NCBI GenBank assembly: GCA_028826165.1
Contig: JAPDFW010000067.1
Coordinates: 248,001 to 312,000, forward strand
DNA length: 64,000 nt
Reading direction: 5' to 3'
Source: Anaeramoeba ignava BMAN
Lineage: Eukaryota; Protista; Anaeramoebae
The notes below the pieces were generated by a model that saw only the letters and a program-made list of their open reading frames with translations, did not search any database and had not been told where the DNA came from. Within the stretch, counting starts at the first letter, position 1. Each line of letters starts with the position of its first letter. The translations under genes were made by a program, and so were the position numbers. Below, in pieces: positions 12,655 through 28,047 of the stretch.

Positions 12655-13254
12655 ATGGAGGATCTTTTTAAAGAATATAAATTAGCAGCAATGGAAAGAT
12701 TACAAAAAGCAAAAGAAGATAAAGAAGTTGATGAAGATGCAGTACCATTTCTTGACATAATTAATTCACATCCAAGATATTTCACATCAAGTTCATGTTA
12801 TGGAAGAATTAACGTAATTTATTTACCAACAAAATCAAAGAAAGATTCAGATTTTGTAGGAAAATGGCATCGCAAAGTGAGTTTTGAAGAAGTAAAAAAA
12901 GTTATTGAAAATTCTCAACCGCCTTTATGGTTCAAAATGGAACCTTATATTATTCACATCACTTGTTGTTCTATTGATGATGCTGCTAATCTTTTGGAAC
13001 TTAAACAGAAACTCGGTCAAAAACGTGGCGGAATTTTTAGTCTAAAGAATAATAGAATCCAAATAGAACTTGAAGGAACAAATAGAATGGAAGTTCCTGT
13101 CAAAACTGATAATTTCCAAATTGATGATAATTATCTTAGAATTCTTATTGATTTGGCAAATGTTAGATTTGAGAAAAATCAAAATGTTTGGGAATCTTTG
13201 AAATCTGCCTTTCAAAAAATCGGAACAGAATCAAATGATAATCAAGAAAAATAA
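12655..13254 (+). CDS. TYW3: tRNA wybutosine methyltransferase TYW3/Taw3, 199 aa, intronless; true start is ATG 12655
   Basis: VDEDAVPFLDIINSHPRYFTSSSCYGRI, KWH, FKMEPYIIHI, RMEVP and ANVRFEKN motifs. Confidence 0.9.
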   Translation: MEDLFKEYKLAAMERLQKAKEDKEVDEDAVPFLDIINSHPRYFTSSSCYGRINVIYLPTKSKKDSDFVGKWHRKVSFEEVKKVIENSQPPLWFKMEPYIIHITCCSIDDAANLLELKQKLGQKRGGIFSLKNNRIQIELEGTNRMEVPVKTDNFQIDDNYLRILIDLANVRFEKNQNVWESLKSAFQKIGTESNDNQEK

Positions 13255-13576
13255 TTAAGGAAAACAAATTATTATTTTTTCTTTTTCTTTTTCTTTTTCT
13301 TTTTCTTTTTTTTTTAAAAGTGATTTTTGCCAGTTCAATAAAAAAGAAGACATAAAAATAAATAAATTTTTTTTTTCTTTTTTTTTTTTAAGTTTTATTT
13401 GCTTTTTTTTTTTCTTTTTTAAATTCAAAAATTTTCCCAAATTCAACTTGATATCAAAACAAAACACAAAACACAAAACAAAACAAAAAAGAATGAACAG
13501 AAAAAAAAAAAATAAAATTTCGAAAAAAAAAAGAAAAAAAATGCAAAGAAAAAAAAAAAAAGAAAAACATAAAATC

Positions 13577-16500
13577 TCATCTATCTTCTGAATACTGACG
13601 ACAAATACCAAAAGCTTGCATAGTTAACTGCAATAATTCGTTAGAAGAAATATTGAATTCATCAGGAGAAAATTGGTACTCTTTTTTGCAAACAAGCTCT
13701 TTAAAGGCAACACGCAAACCCCAAGGATAAGGGTCACTAGTCATTAATCTTTCAAGGAAAATGCGAGCAATTAATTCCTTGATAAAAACATCTGAAATAT
13801 TAAGCACAAGATGACAAAGAAGACTCAAAAACCATTGAGTATGTTTATTTGGATATCGCAAATGATTTATAATTGAATTGAATAAAATATATCGACCTTC
13901 AGTATCCAAAGAAGATGCCAAATGATGAAAAATCTGATAGGAATGAATCAAGGTGTGTGAGTTGTGGAAATTATCCTGAGAAATTGCGACTGAATAACTT
14001 CCAATGTAAAAAATAAGTGAATTGAATAGTTTGATATTGTAATTTTGATTTGAAGGATAAATAAAAGAATTTTTCGGTTGGAAATTTGGATCGGATTCTG
14101 TTTTCGCGTTGGAAAGAAGAGCTTGACCAAGGGAAACAAGAAAATCTTTTGGTTCGCCTTCTCGAAGAAAACGATTCAGAGGCAAATTTAGTCCTGAAGA
14201 AATCAAAGGCTCTTCAAATCCTGGCAAAACATCCGGAATAAGCGCGTTCTGCTCAACTTCTGCATATTGATGACCGTCTTTTATGAGATTGATAACAGTC
14301 TCAGGTATAGCACAGAGGATAATGTTTCTTAATTGGATGCAATTCAATGGGATCGAATCGCAGAAACTGTAATAGCATTGAGACAAGAAGTTGGGGAATT
14401 TATTCATCAAAATTGTGAAAATTCTCAGCACAGATTTATAAAGAAGTCGCAATGAATGTGTTAAGGCTACTCTGCGCAAAAAGGGTTCCATAAACTCAAG
14501 AAGATATTTCAAAAGATCGTGGAACATTTGCATTGATTTTGCTCTTCCGTCTGTTAATAATTTTTCCATGAAACAAGGATGTGAGATGATTTCAACCCAA
14601 GAAAAAGCGAATATTGGGATTTTTTGAGGAATCAATTTCACTAAATTATCATAGAATGCTTTTTTAATATGGAATCTATACCGCTCAAGTGTGCGGTCTT
14701 CAGTGACTTTTTCTAGAAGAATTTCATATAATTTACAATATGGTCCTGATTGAAAATTTTCTTGTGTTTTCACATAATTTTTGAGTAGTTGTTCTGTTAT
14801 TGAATCTAATATTTGTCTCAATACTGTTATGTTTGCATCGGGATTTAAAGAATCTCTGTATCTACTGACGAATTCTGAGAGCATGGTTGCATATGAATAT
14901 ATTCCAGTATAATCAAATATATTTATCAATGAATTTTCGATTTTCATCTTCATTTTCAATTTCATTTTCATTTTCATCTTCTTTTTCATCTTCTTTTTTA
15001 CTATTATTAAAATACTCAACATTTTTCGTTGATAAACAATCTCTCACTCGTGATTTTGTTATAACTGAAAATATTATCCCGTGATATTTAATAAAAGCTG
15101 ATTGAAGCTTTTTGAAAAATGCTTCTTTCTTTTCTTTGGTTGTATTTTGATTTGAATTTAATAATTCCCATTCACTTAAAAAGTTGTAAAAATAATTCTT
15201 GAGCAAAGCTCGATCAGATGGGTTCTGCAAATCAACAGCATTCGGCATGAAAACCGGTTTTTGCGGAGAATAATTTGCGTCTTCGTGATTCTGAATCATT
15301 ACAGAATGGCTTTCCTGCTGCTGATTGCTTATCATTCGAAGTGATTCTTCAAGAACTGTAATCATATTTCGAGCTGCATCTGGATTTTCGTTGTTGAGAT
15401 AGTCTTGGTTATTGAGTTGATTGGGGATGTGACTATCATTTCTTGTATTATGCATATTTCTATTCAAAAATTCCTCTCTTTTTTGAAGAAAGTTTTTCAT
15501 TTGAAGAATTGAATTTTTAATTTTGGAAAATTTCGAATTTTCTTCCTTTTGGATGAATTCAGTGAATACGATAAAGAAGAATTCTTGTGTATGAGGGCTA
15601 TCTCCATTCTCAATCATATCAGCAAGGGAAGAGTCAATCTCCGAAACTTCGAGTAGCTGAGATGTGAAAAGAAAGTATGCAAGCTGAAGATCTAAAGGTT
15701 GAGGATATTGGAAATTATGGTCGTTGATTTGATCATTATTTTCAATGTTGAAATTCATTTGCTGAACCAACTTTCGAGAAATGGCTGCAGCAATAGGTGT
15801 TGAAGAATAATCAATATCAGCTGATTCGCCGTTTGGAAGCAACGCCTTTGTGTTTCTTATGTAGTTTTCATTCAGGTTTTGGAGAACATTAATGCATGAA
15901 ATAATGATTGCATTTCCATTTCGTAAATTTTCAGTCTCAGGCATTGTGATTCTGAGAAGGGTGACAATCTCATCAGTAACAAGCACAGAGCTTGCCAAGA
16001 AATTCTCTGAATTATTAATAAGCAGAAATAACTCATTAGCAAGTTCATTGAATCGAGAAGAATGCTCGGAATTTTGTGTCAATGAGTTTTCGATTTCGCG
16101 AAGAAATTGTTTGAATTGACCAATCCATTGTTCAAGCATTGGATAGAGTCTTGAAAATGGGATTGTTTGCTCGTTAATGTTTGAGATGCTTTTTGCCCTT
16201 TCGCTTTTTTGGATTCCGTTATCTTCTGTTAAGGGATTTACCAATCTTTGTGCAAAACTTGCATATACATTTAAATGACAAGGAAGAAGTTGAGTTTTTG
16301 GAAACAATGTTTCAAGGAGTGTTTGTGTGAATGGATATTGAATCAGATAATTCTGTTTTTGGTACATGTAGTTGCTTGTCATTCTGTATTGCTTTCTGAT
16401 ATTAAATTCTTGTCCCAAAATTTCATCCATTTTTTCAATTCCATTTGAAATGGATATTTTTTCAATCATAGAATAAACAACTGGGAAATTATCTTCACAA

Positions 16501-19500
16501 ATCTCGTTTATAAAAAGAGTGATTTTCTCCAAGTCTTCCGAACAATCGATATTTTGGAAGAAAATTGTCAGAGAATGATTTGTGAATTCGAGCATGAATT
16601 GTTTGAGATGAGGTTTTACGTTGACAAGAATGAGATTGATAATAAAATTGGAAATCATTAAATCTGATGCTTTTTTCATTTTGTTTTCATCAGGTTCAAA
16701 TGAGAAATCTTTGATAACTAAATGGTATGTTGTTCTGCATGCTAAGAAAATGGGTTCTTGTGCAAGTTGTTTAAGACTTTCTATAAACATTGAGTTGAGT
16801 GTCATTTTGATGTGATCCCATAATTGTGGATATTTTGTAAAAAGTCCGAAATCTTGTATGATTGTGAATGTTTCTTGATTTCTTTGTGGAGATTGTTGTT
16901 GTATTTGTTGTTGTGTTTGTTGTATTTGTTCTGGTAGTTTTTGTGGTGAAGGGGATTGGAATTGATTTATAGGTTGTTCTTGGTTGAAATCTATTTAATT
17001 TAATTTAATATAATTTTAATTTAATTTAATTTTAATTTAATTTAATTTTATTTTAATTTTAATTTTAATTTAAATTTAATTTAATTTTAATTTTAATTTT
17101 AATTTTAATTTTAATTTTAATTTTAATTTTAATTTAATTTTAATTTAATTTTAATTTTAATTTTAATTTAATTTTAATTTAATTTTAATTTAATTTTAAT
17201 TTTAATTTTTTACTCATCTGCATCTCATCATGCTCAGGATCTGCAAAAAATTCTACACGCTCTTGATTATCTAACTGAGGTGAACTAAATAAATTCGAAG
17301 GCAAAACATCAGATATATTAATATTAAGATCTTGAAAAAGTCCATCAATATCAAACTTCAAAGATAACGTCAAATTATTTATTTGATAAATTTCAGTTAA
17401 AACAGAAACTAATGATTTCAACCAAGGATTTTCAGAATGAAACACTTTGGATTTCTGACATTTTGATAAAATCTTGGCAACAAAAGGAATAATTGCTTGC
17501 AATTTATCTTGATAAAAACCTTCAACAAGAATATCCTTAATATTCAAATATTTTTGGAGAATTGGTTTGTTTCTTTGCAAAGTCATAAGACCTAAGAAAT
17601 TTCCCATGTTTTTCAAAGAAGTTCGTTCCTTTTCATTTTCAAGAAGTGTTGGAGATTTGAGGAGAAGTTGTATTTTTCGATAGAGTTCAAATAAAACTTG
17701 CGAACAAAGCGAAGGATTTTCAATATTGTCCAAAAGCGCAATGATAATTGGATGCATATCTTGCACAGTAGAAGCGCGAGCAGCAATCACAGAGCGCGCA
17801 ACCCACGGAGTATTTTGCACAGACAGTATTTGCGACAAGTCTTGCGCTTTTTGTTTCGCGTTTTCTTGTGTTAAATTGTTGAAAATGAAAAGGATCTTAT
17901 TTTCGATTTCTTTGTTCTGAATCGGTTGTGGTTCAACAACAGCATCTTCATAAGAAGGTGAAGGTGTTTGATTTCGGGATGTATTGTCAATATTAACATT
18001 ATTATGTGGGCTATTTGTAACTAAGTTTTGATTCTGGAAAAGCATTTCCATAATTTCATTTGAAAATCGAAGTTTTTCTATTCTTTGGAAAATTTCTGGA
18101 TTGTGCACAATTATATGCTTAAATTGGCTCAGAGCAATTAACCCAAAATTAAAAGTATTTGACTGAGGCGAACGCTCCAAACACTTCAGAATATTTTCAA
18201 CTGCAATCATTATAAGAGGAAGCTCTAAAATCTCTCTTCCCACTAATGATCCAAAAAATTCAGCAATGATCTGAAGTTGCCCATTAGGATATCCCTCAAT
18301 GTTTTGGATTTCATAAAAAATCGATTGGATAATGCAAGTGAAAACATCCCGATTTTGCGTGATTTGTGAGTCGCGAAGCATCTTTAAATCATGCTCGATT
18401 TCTTGCGAGGAAATTCTTTTTGTGAATATTTTTTCGAAAAATTCATTTGCTTGTTTTTCGCAAATTTGAGAATAAGGAATTGTATTTCTAAAAGAAAGAT
18501 CATATCTAAGAAGCTCTGGACGCATTTTGAGATAGTCATCAAAAACCGCCTCTATTTTTTGGGCAATTTCTGGCGGATGATTTTTCTGGAAAGTGAAGAG
18601 TTTCTTGAAATACCAATATAATGAGTCTGAAGACAAAGCAACACCAAGTTGATCTTTTTCGATATTTTTATCACCTTGACATTTCCTGTATTTTTTCTGC
18701 AGAAAATTAACGCATTGCGCAAAGAAATTGTGGTCTTCAGTTAGCTTCTTAGTGAGCCAATACTCCAAATTGACGCATTCTCTCCGTGAAGCAACACTTG
18801 CAAATTCAAATATAAAATCCCAGTCGTCTCCTTCAAGAACAACAGTGAACCCTTCAAGTTCAATCATAAAATCAAACAATCTTGATATAGATTTCGGTTC
18901 CATTCGCCATTTCTTGATCACGGATGAGATTACAACATATTTGTCTTTTTTCCATAATTCTTGAAGAAGAACCGAAAATTTCGGATAAATTCCTAGTAAA
19001 ATTATCGCCACTTTTTGGCACATTTTTTTCGCCAAAGTTTCTGCAAAATAATTTTTCCACGGCACTTGGATCAATCCAGAAAGCAAAAGCATCGGCAAAA
19101 ATTCCAACGGAAGCAAGAAATTTTCCTCAATTTGTTTCATGTCAAATTGCGCTAAATCAAGAAGAAGCTCGACAAGTGTAAAAGACATCCAAGGTTGCGA
19201 ATAAATAACAGACTTTTTGGGTCGTGAAAATGATTCCTTGAAAGTATGCAATTGAGGTGTTGTGCTGAAATCAAGCAGATCCGGTGGCGAACGCGCAGCA
19301 AAAAAGAGAAAAGAAATTTGTGATGATGGATTCTTCCATTTGGAAAGCACGAATTTTAATGGAAATGGTTGTTGAGATGCCTTTTTGAAAAAATTGATAA
19401 TGAATTCAAATGATTTGAAATCAAGGATATAAAAATCAGGATTATCCAACTGGTTTATCACGTCTTGCCATTTCAATTCCGGAAACTTTTCCTGAATCGA

Positions 19501-22500
19501 CTGGATTATAACAGGAACATCCCATTGTCTTTTCGGGATATTTGATTGTTCGTTTTGCTTTGTGTTTATATTTGCATTTTGATTCGGACTTTTTTCTTCT
19601 GAATCTGGATTGTTTTCGCTATTTTTATGTTGTCTTTGTGCATTACTTGCTTGAATTCTTGAGTTATTGTGTGCAATTTCAACAATAGTTTTTGATATTT
19701 CTAAAGGTGTTATATCTGGAAAATTTGATAATATTTTTGTGAATGATTCTTTTGATGATGTAACTGTATATCCTAAATCATTGATTATTGAGGTCAGTGT
19801 GCATTTTTGGCTTATAAATCTCAATATTTCATCATCTTTTTCTTCTGTTTCTTCTTTATTTAGTATATTTGGTGTTATGTTTAAATAAAGTGATGATATT
19901 TCAACTGAATTTCCTGTTTTTTTGTTTTTGATCATGTAATTTTTTAATATTTGTTTTTGTTTTGTGAAGTTTGGTTTGGAAAATGTCTGTGCAAGTTCAT
20001 GGAGGATATTGTAAGTAAGGCCATTACAAGACTCTAAAAATGGTTCTGTGAAATTATTTTCGAAAAAGGATATTGCTACAAATATGAAATCAAAAATTAG
20101 TATTTCTTTAAATATTTTTATATTTATATTTATATTTATATTTATATTAATATTTATATTTATATTTATATTTATATTTATATTTATATTTATATTTATA
20201 TTTATATTTATATTTATATTTATATTTATATTTATATTTATATTTATATTTATATTTATATTTATATTTATATTTATATTTATATTTATATTTATATTTA
20301 TATTTATATTTATATTTATATTTATATTATATTTATATTTATATTTATATTTATATTTATATTTTATATTTATATTTTATATTTATATTTATATTTATAA
20401 TTATATTTGTATTTATATTTATATTTATATTTATATTTATATTTGTAATTTATATTTATATTTTATATTTATATTTATATTTGTATTTTATATTTATATT
20501 TATATTTATATTTATATTTATATTTATATTTTAGTTTATATTTATATTTTATATTTATATTTATATTTATATTTATATTTATATTTATATTTTATATTTA
20601 TATTTATATTTATAATTATATTTATATTTATATTTATAATTTATATTTATATTTATATTTATAATTTATATTTATATTTATATTTATATTTATATTTTAT
20701 ATTTATATTTATATTTATGTTATATTTATATTTATGTTATATTTATATTTTATATTTATATTTATGTTTATTTATATTTATATTTATATTTATATTTTAT
20801 ATTTATATTTATTATATTTATATTTATATTTTTATATTTATATTTATATTTATATTTATATTAATATTTATATTTATATTTATATTTTATATTTATATTT
20901 ATATTTATATTTTATATTTATGTTTATATTTATATTTTATATTTATATTTATATTTATATTTATAATATTTATATTAATATTTTTATATTTATATTTATA
21001 TAAATATTTATTTTTATTTTTATTTTATATTTATATTTATATTTATATTTATATTTTATATTTATATTTATATTTATATTTATATTTATATTTTATAATT
21101 TTTATATTTATTTTTATATTTTATTTTTATATTTATGTTTTATTTTATATTTTTATATTTTATATTTTATATTTATATTTATATTTATATTTATATTTAT
21201 ATTTATATTTATATTTTATTTTATTTTTATTTTATATTTATATTTATATTTATATTTAACGTTTTATATTTATATTTATATTTATATTTTATATTTATAT
21301 TTATATTTATATTTATATTTATTTATATTTATATTTTATATTTATATTTATATTTATATTTTATATTTATAAATTTATATTTATATTTATATTTATATTT
21401 ATATTTATATTTATATATTTATATTTATATTTATATTTATATTTATATTTATATATTTATATTTATATTTATATTTATATTTATATTTATATTTATATTT
21501 ATATTTATATTTATATTTATATTTATATTTATATTTATGTTTATATTTATATTTTATATTTATATTTTATATTTTATATTTATATTTTATATTTATATTT
21601 ATATTTATATTTATAATTATTTATATTTATATTTATGTTTATATTTATATTTATATTTATATATTTATATTTATATTTATATTTATATTTATATTTATAT
21701 TTTATATTTTATATTTATATTTATATTTATATTTATGTTATATTTATATTTTATATTTTATATTTATATTTATATTTATATTTATATTTATATTTATACA
21801 TTTATTTTTATTTTATCATATTTGAATTTATATTGATATATTTTATATTTATATTTATATTTATATTTATATTTTATATTTATATTTATATTTATATTTA
21901 TATTTATATTTATATTTTATATTTATATTTATATTTATATTTATATTTATATTTATATTTATATATTTATATTTATATTTATATATTTATATTTATATTT
22001 ATATTTATATTTATATTTATATTTTTATTTCAATTTCTATTTATATTTATATTTATATTTATATTTATATTTATATTTATATTTATATTTATATTTATAT
22101 TTATATTTATATTTATATTTATATTTATATTTATATTTATATTTATATTTATAATAAATTTACATTTATATTTATATTTATATTTATATTTATATTTATA
22201 TTTACCTTGTATAAACAATAGTTCTTGGCTCGATTGCATAAAAACTAAAGCAAGAATTATTTGATATTTTTTTTCAAACTTGCCAAAACTGAACAATTTT
22301 AACAATAAATTTTCAACTAAATTTTCATTTTTCAATTTCTCTTCAATATTTCTTGAAATAACAGCCAATAAACCAATACTTGCATTCGCATATTCTAAAA
22401 AGTCTTTAAAAAGTTGTAATTGAAAATAAAAAGTAGAATTTTGTGTTATATTTTGTTGCACTAATTTATCAAAACAAAAAATAGAATCAACTAAATTTTG

Positions 22501-22740
22501 AAAAGATTCTTCAATAATTTTATTTCCATAAATATCAACCAACTTAATTTAAAAAAATTAAATAAAAAATTTAAATTAAATTAAAAAAATTTTTTTCTTT
22601 TTTTTTTTATTTTTTTTTATTAAATTAACGTTTTGAAATTCTTGTTTTGTGAACTTGTAATTTTTTTGATTAACATTTGTAACAAGTTGTTTAACTTGAG
22701 TAGGTAATAAAAAATTCAAATAAGGAAAGAAAGAAGTCAT
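13577..22740 (-). CDS. CNOT1: CCR4-NOT scaffold CNOT1/Not1. Exons 22740-22630, 22542-22206, 20075-17214, 16990-13577 (frame break near 14942)
   Basis: N-terminus [26 protein letters not shown]; [23 protein letters not shown]; KSKVF...NPW; C-terminal [36 protein letters not shown]....PYPWGL. Three GT-AG introns join in frame. Confidence 0.93.
20115..22203. repeat. (TATATT)n satellite filling the 2130-nt CNOT1 intron 20076-22205
   Basis: Seen directly; explains the spurious IF/YL/YI ORFs. Confidence 0.95.
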
Positions 22741-22807
22741 TTATAAAAAAAATGAAAAAAATGATTTAAATTTTTGCTTTTTGCTTTTTTCCTTTTTTTC
22801 TTTTTTT

Positions 22808-23410
<603 letters not shown>

Positions 23411-23412
<2 letters not shown>

Positions 23413-24160
23413 ATATAAAAAATGAGAATAGATTTAATTTAATATTTAATTTAAAAATTAATCTAAAAATATAATTTAATGTTTATTTTTATGTTTAAAA
23501 TATTAATTTAATGTTTTATATTTAAATAAATTAATTAAAATATTTTATCAATTTTATTTAATTATTGGTAATAATTTTATATTATTTTGAATAAAGAAAT
23601 ATTAATAAAATATATAAAATAGAATTAATTCCAAATTTAATTATTTAATATTCTTTTATTCCATTTTTAAATAAATTAATTAAAATATTTTATTAATTTT
23701 ATTTAATTTTTGGTAATTATTTTTTATATTATTTTGAATAAATAAATGTTAATAAAATATATAAAATAGGATTAATTCCAAATTTAATTATTTAATATTC
23801 TTTATTCCATTTTTATTTTTTTTTCATTTTTTTCTTTCAAAAACAAAAATTTAAAATTAAGTAAATATTTTTTTTCTTAAATTTTAAAAACAAAAAATAA
23901 AAATAAAAATAAAATTTAATAATAATAAATAATATAAATATAAAATTTAAATGAAATTAAAACAAAATAATTATTAATTACTTATTAATTTAATATTATT
24001 TCAATAAACAAAAAAAAAAGGAAAAATAAATTCAAAATTTTATTAACAAAAAATTATCAATAAAAAAATTACAATTTAAATTTAATTGAAAATAAAAATA
24101 AAAAAGAAAATATTTTTATTATTGATTTATTATTATTTCATAAATATTTATTTTATTTAT
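23411..24160 (+). promoter_or_regulatory. Upstream non-coding region shared with 28048-29098 (putative promoter); contains two ~140-bp subrepeats
   Basis: AAAAAATGAGAATAGATTTAATTTAATA... through ...TATTATTTCATAAATATTTATTTTATTTAT is nearly identical in both copies and ends 60-80 nt before each ATG. Promoter function is inferred. Confidence 0.6.
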
Positions 24161-24218
24161 TCCTTTAAAAAATAAATTTTCCTTTTTTTGTTTTAAAAAT
24201 AAAATTAAAAAGAAAAAA

Positions 24219-27200
24219 ATGAGTAATTCTTCAAAAGAAATTGATTCACAAGAAAAGAAGCAAGATCAAACGAATCTGCAAGAACAAATTATCCAAATGC
24301 AAAATCAAATTCAAATTTTAATGCAAAATCAAAATCAAAATCAAAATCAAAATCAAAATCAAAATCAAAATCAAAATCAAAATATAAATCAAAATCAAAA
24401 TCAAAATATAAATCAAAATCCAAATCAAAATCAAAATATAAATCAAATTCAAAATCAAAATCAAAATCAAAATCAAAATCAAAATCAAAATCAAAATCAA
24501 AATCAAATCCAAAATCAAAATCAAAATCAAAATCAAAATCAAAATCAAAATCAAAATCAAATCCAAAAAATTTCATTTCAAGAAATTTATTCAAAAGAAA
24601 AATCACAAAAAATCCAAATATCAAAATTATATCAATTTCCTCCTCAAGAACTTAACAAATTTTTAATTTGTGAACTTCTTTCAAATTATAAAAAAATGTT
24701 TCAAAATGAAGAAAATTGTGATTTTATAATTTATGCTGGAAAAAACAATCAAAAAATTCCTTGTCATAAATCAATACTTAATTCAAGATCAAGATTTTTT
24801 TATGAAAATCATCATGAAAAATCAGAAATTGAAGAATTATATCTTCCACAATTTGAGTATGATATTGTTAAGTCAATCATTTCATTTCTTTATGATTCAG
24901 AATTTAAATTTGATTTAAACAAATTTGAAAAATATTTCGAATTGATAAAAGATTTTAAATTAACAAGTTTAACAATCAAAATTGAAAAAGAAGTTTCAGA
25001 ACAAATTAATAAAAAAAATGTTATTCCAATTTATTTCAAAAGTATTTCCATTGAATCAAATTATCTTTCCAATATTTGTGAAAATTTTATTAAAGAAAAT
25101 ATTAATAAAATTATTGAAGAAAAACAAATTGGATCAATTAATAATAAAGAATTAACAGAAATTATTCAAATTATTCAATCAACACCAAAAGAAAACAGAA
25201 TAAATTTAATTTGGAAATTAGCTCAAGATTGGAAAAATAAATTCAAACAAAGCAATAAAAATTTAATAAATAAAGAAAAATATATTGATCCAATTCAAAT
25301 TCAAGAAATCAATAATGAAATTCAAGATTTTCATTTAATTATTGATAATATTAAAAATGAAGGATTTATTTCAAATAATTCAAGAATTCAAAATAATCCA
25401 ATTTTATCTCCAACTGATCAACTTCAATTAATTAATCAAAAAAATGAAGAATTAAATCAAGAAAACAAAAAACTTAAAAAAAAAAATAAAAGACAAGACA
25501 AAATAATTCAACAAAAAGATCAAGAAATTAATCAATTTAAACAAACTATTCAACAAAAAGATCAAGAAATTAATCAACTTAAACAATCTATTCAACAAAA
25601 GGATCAAGAAATTAATCAATTTAAACAATCTATTCAACAAAAAGATCAAGAAATTAATCAATTTAAACAATCTATTCAACAAAAAGATCAAGAAATTAAT
25701 CAATTTAAACAATCTATTCAACAAAAAGAAAACAAAATTCAAAAACAAAAAAATAAGATCAAAGAAATCAAACCACAATTAGAAATTTTTGAATCAGAAA
25801 TAAAGGTTCACAAAACTTTAGAAGATTTTATAAATCAAATTTCAAATTTAAATAAAAGTAAATTGTTTTAAATTTTAAATTATTAAAAAATTATTTTGAA
25901 ATTTAAATTCAAATTTAAAAACAAAATTAAAAAAGATTCTATTGAAGAAACAATAAAATATATGAAACAATGCCCAAATAATCAAAAAATTCAAGAAAAT
26001 GGATGTTTTATTTTACAAAAATTTGCAAACAAAAATGAAGGTAAAAATTTTATATCTTTTTATTATTTTCCAAAATTAAAATTAAAATTAAAATTTAAAT
26101 GAAAATTACTTTTTTTGCTTTAATTTCTAATTCTAAAAAAAATTCAAAATCAATATTAAAACTCAATACTTAAAGATAATCGAAATAAACTCAGAAATTT
26201 AAAAGGAATAAAATGTGTTATTAAAGCAATGAATAATTTCCAAAATAATCAAGATATTCAATATCAAGGATGTGAAGCTTTATGGGCTATTGGTGTTAAT
26301 GATGGTAAATAAAAAATAAATAAAAAATAAATCCAAAAATCTAAATATTATTTATTTTCCATTTTTTTTTTGAAATTCAAAATTAAAAATTAAATCAAAA
26401 AATACCAAAAATAATTACAAAAAATAAATCAAAATTAAATAAATTTACAAAATAATAAATAAATAATTATTAATTATCAATTAAAATCCAAAAAAAAAAT
26501 TAATCAATTTCAAATTTATTTTCAAAAATAAAAATATTAAAATAGAAAACAAAATTGAAATAAGAAATTTAAAAGGAATTGAACCTATTATTAAAGCAAT
26601 GAATAATTTCCAAAATAATCAAAATATTCAAGAAAATGGATGTGGAGCTTTATGGATTATTGCTGCTTTTAATAATGGTAAATAAAAAATAAAAAATAAA
26701 AAATAAAAAAATTATTTTTTTTCCATTTTTTTTTTGAAATTCAAAATTAAAAATTAAATCAAAAAATACCAAAAATAATTACAAAAAATAAATCAAAATT
26801 AAATAAATTTACAAAATAATAAATAAATAATTATTAATTATTAATCAAAATCAAAAAAAAAATTAATCAATTTCAAATTTATTTTCAAAAATAAAAATAA
26901 TAAAATAGAAAACAAAATTGAAATAAGAAATTTAAAAGGAATTGAACCTATTATTAAAGCAATGAATAATTTCCCAAATAATCAAGATATTCAATATTAT
27001 GGATGTGGAGCTTTATGGAATATTGCTGCTTTTAATAAAAGTAAATAAAAAATAAAAAATAAAAAATAAAAAAATTATTTTTTTTCCATTTTTTTTTTGA
27101 AATTCAAAATTAAAAATTAAATCAAAAAATACAAAAAATAATTACAAAAAATAAATCAAAATTAAATAAATTTACAAAATAATAAATAAATAATTATTAA

Positions 27201-27404
27201 TTATTAATTAAAATCCAAAAAAAAAAATTAATCAATTTCAAATTTATTTTCAAAAATAAAAATATTAAAATAATAGAAAACGAAATTGAAATAAGAAATT
27301 TAAAAGGAATTGAACCTATTATTAAAGCAATGAATAATTTCCCAAATAATCAAGGTATTCAAAAATATGGAAAACGGGCTTTAGAAAAATTACAAAAAAA
27401 TTGA
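24219..27404 (+). CDS. BTB - coiled coil - armadillo repeat protein. Exons 24219-25857, 25936-26040, 26176-26304, 26546-26677, 26909-27040, 27277-27404
   Basis: BTB (CDFIIYAG..QKIPCHKSILNSRSRFF, IISFLY); 14-aa IQQKDQEINQFKQS repeats; then a cap exon and four exons of xNxxxxRNLKGIxxxIKAMNNFxNNQxIQxxG (ARM repeat). All five introns are GT-AG, phase 1. Confidence 0.85.
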
Positions 27405-27514
27405 ATTACTTTTTCCTTTTCTTTTTCATTTTGATTTTGATTTCTTTTTCTTTCAAGACAATTTCAATAAAAAAACAAAATTCAAATTATTTTTATATTT
27501 TAGATTTTATTTTG

Positions 27515-28045
<531 letters not shown>

Positions 28046-28047
28046 TT

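Noticed and set aside
20048-22264. Long IF/YL/YI ORFs on the + strand (also 44363-45276 and 37565-37993)
   Set aside because: Stop-free readings of hexamer satellites in introns or intergenic DNA; no coding complexity.
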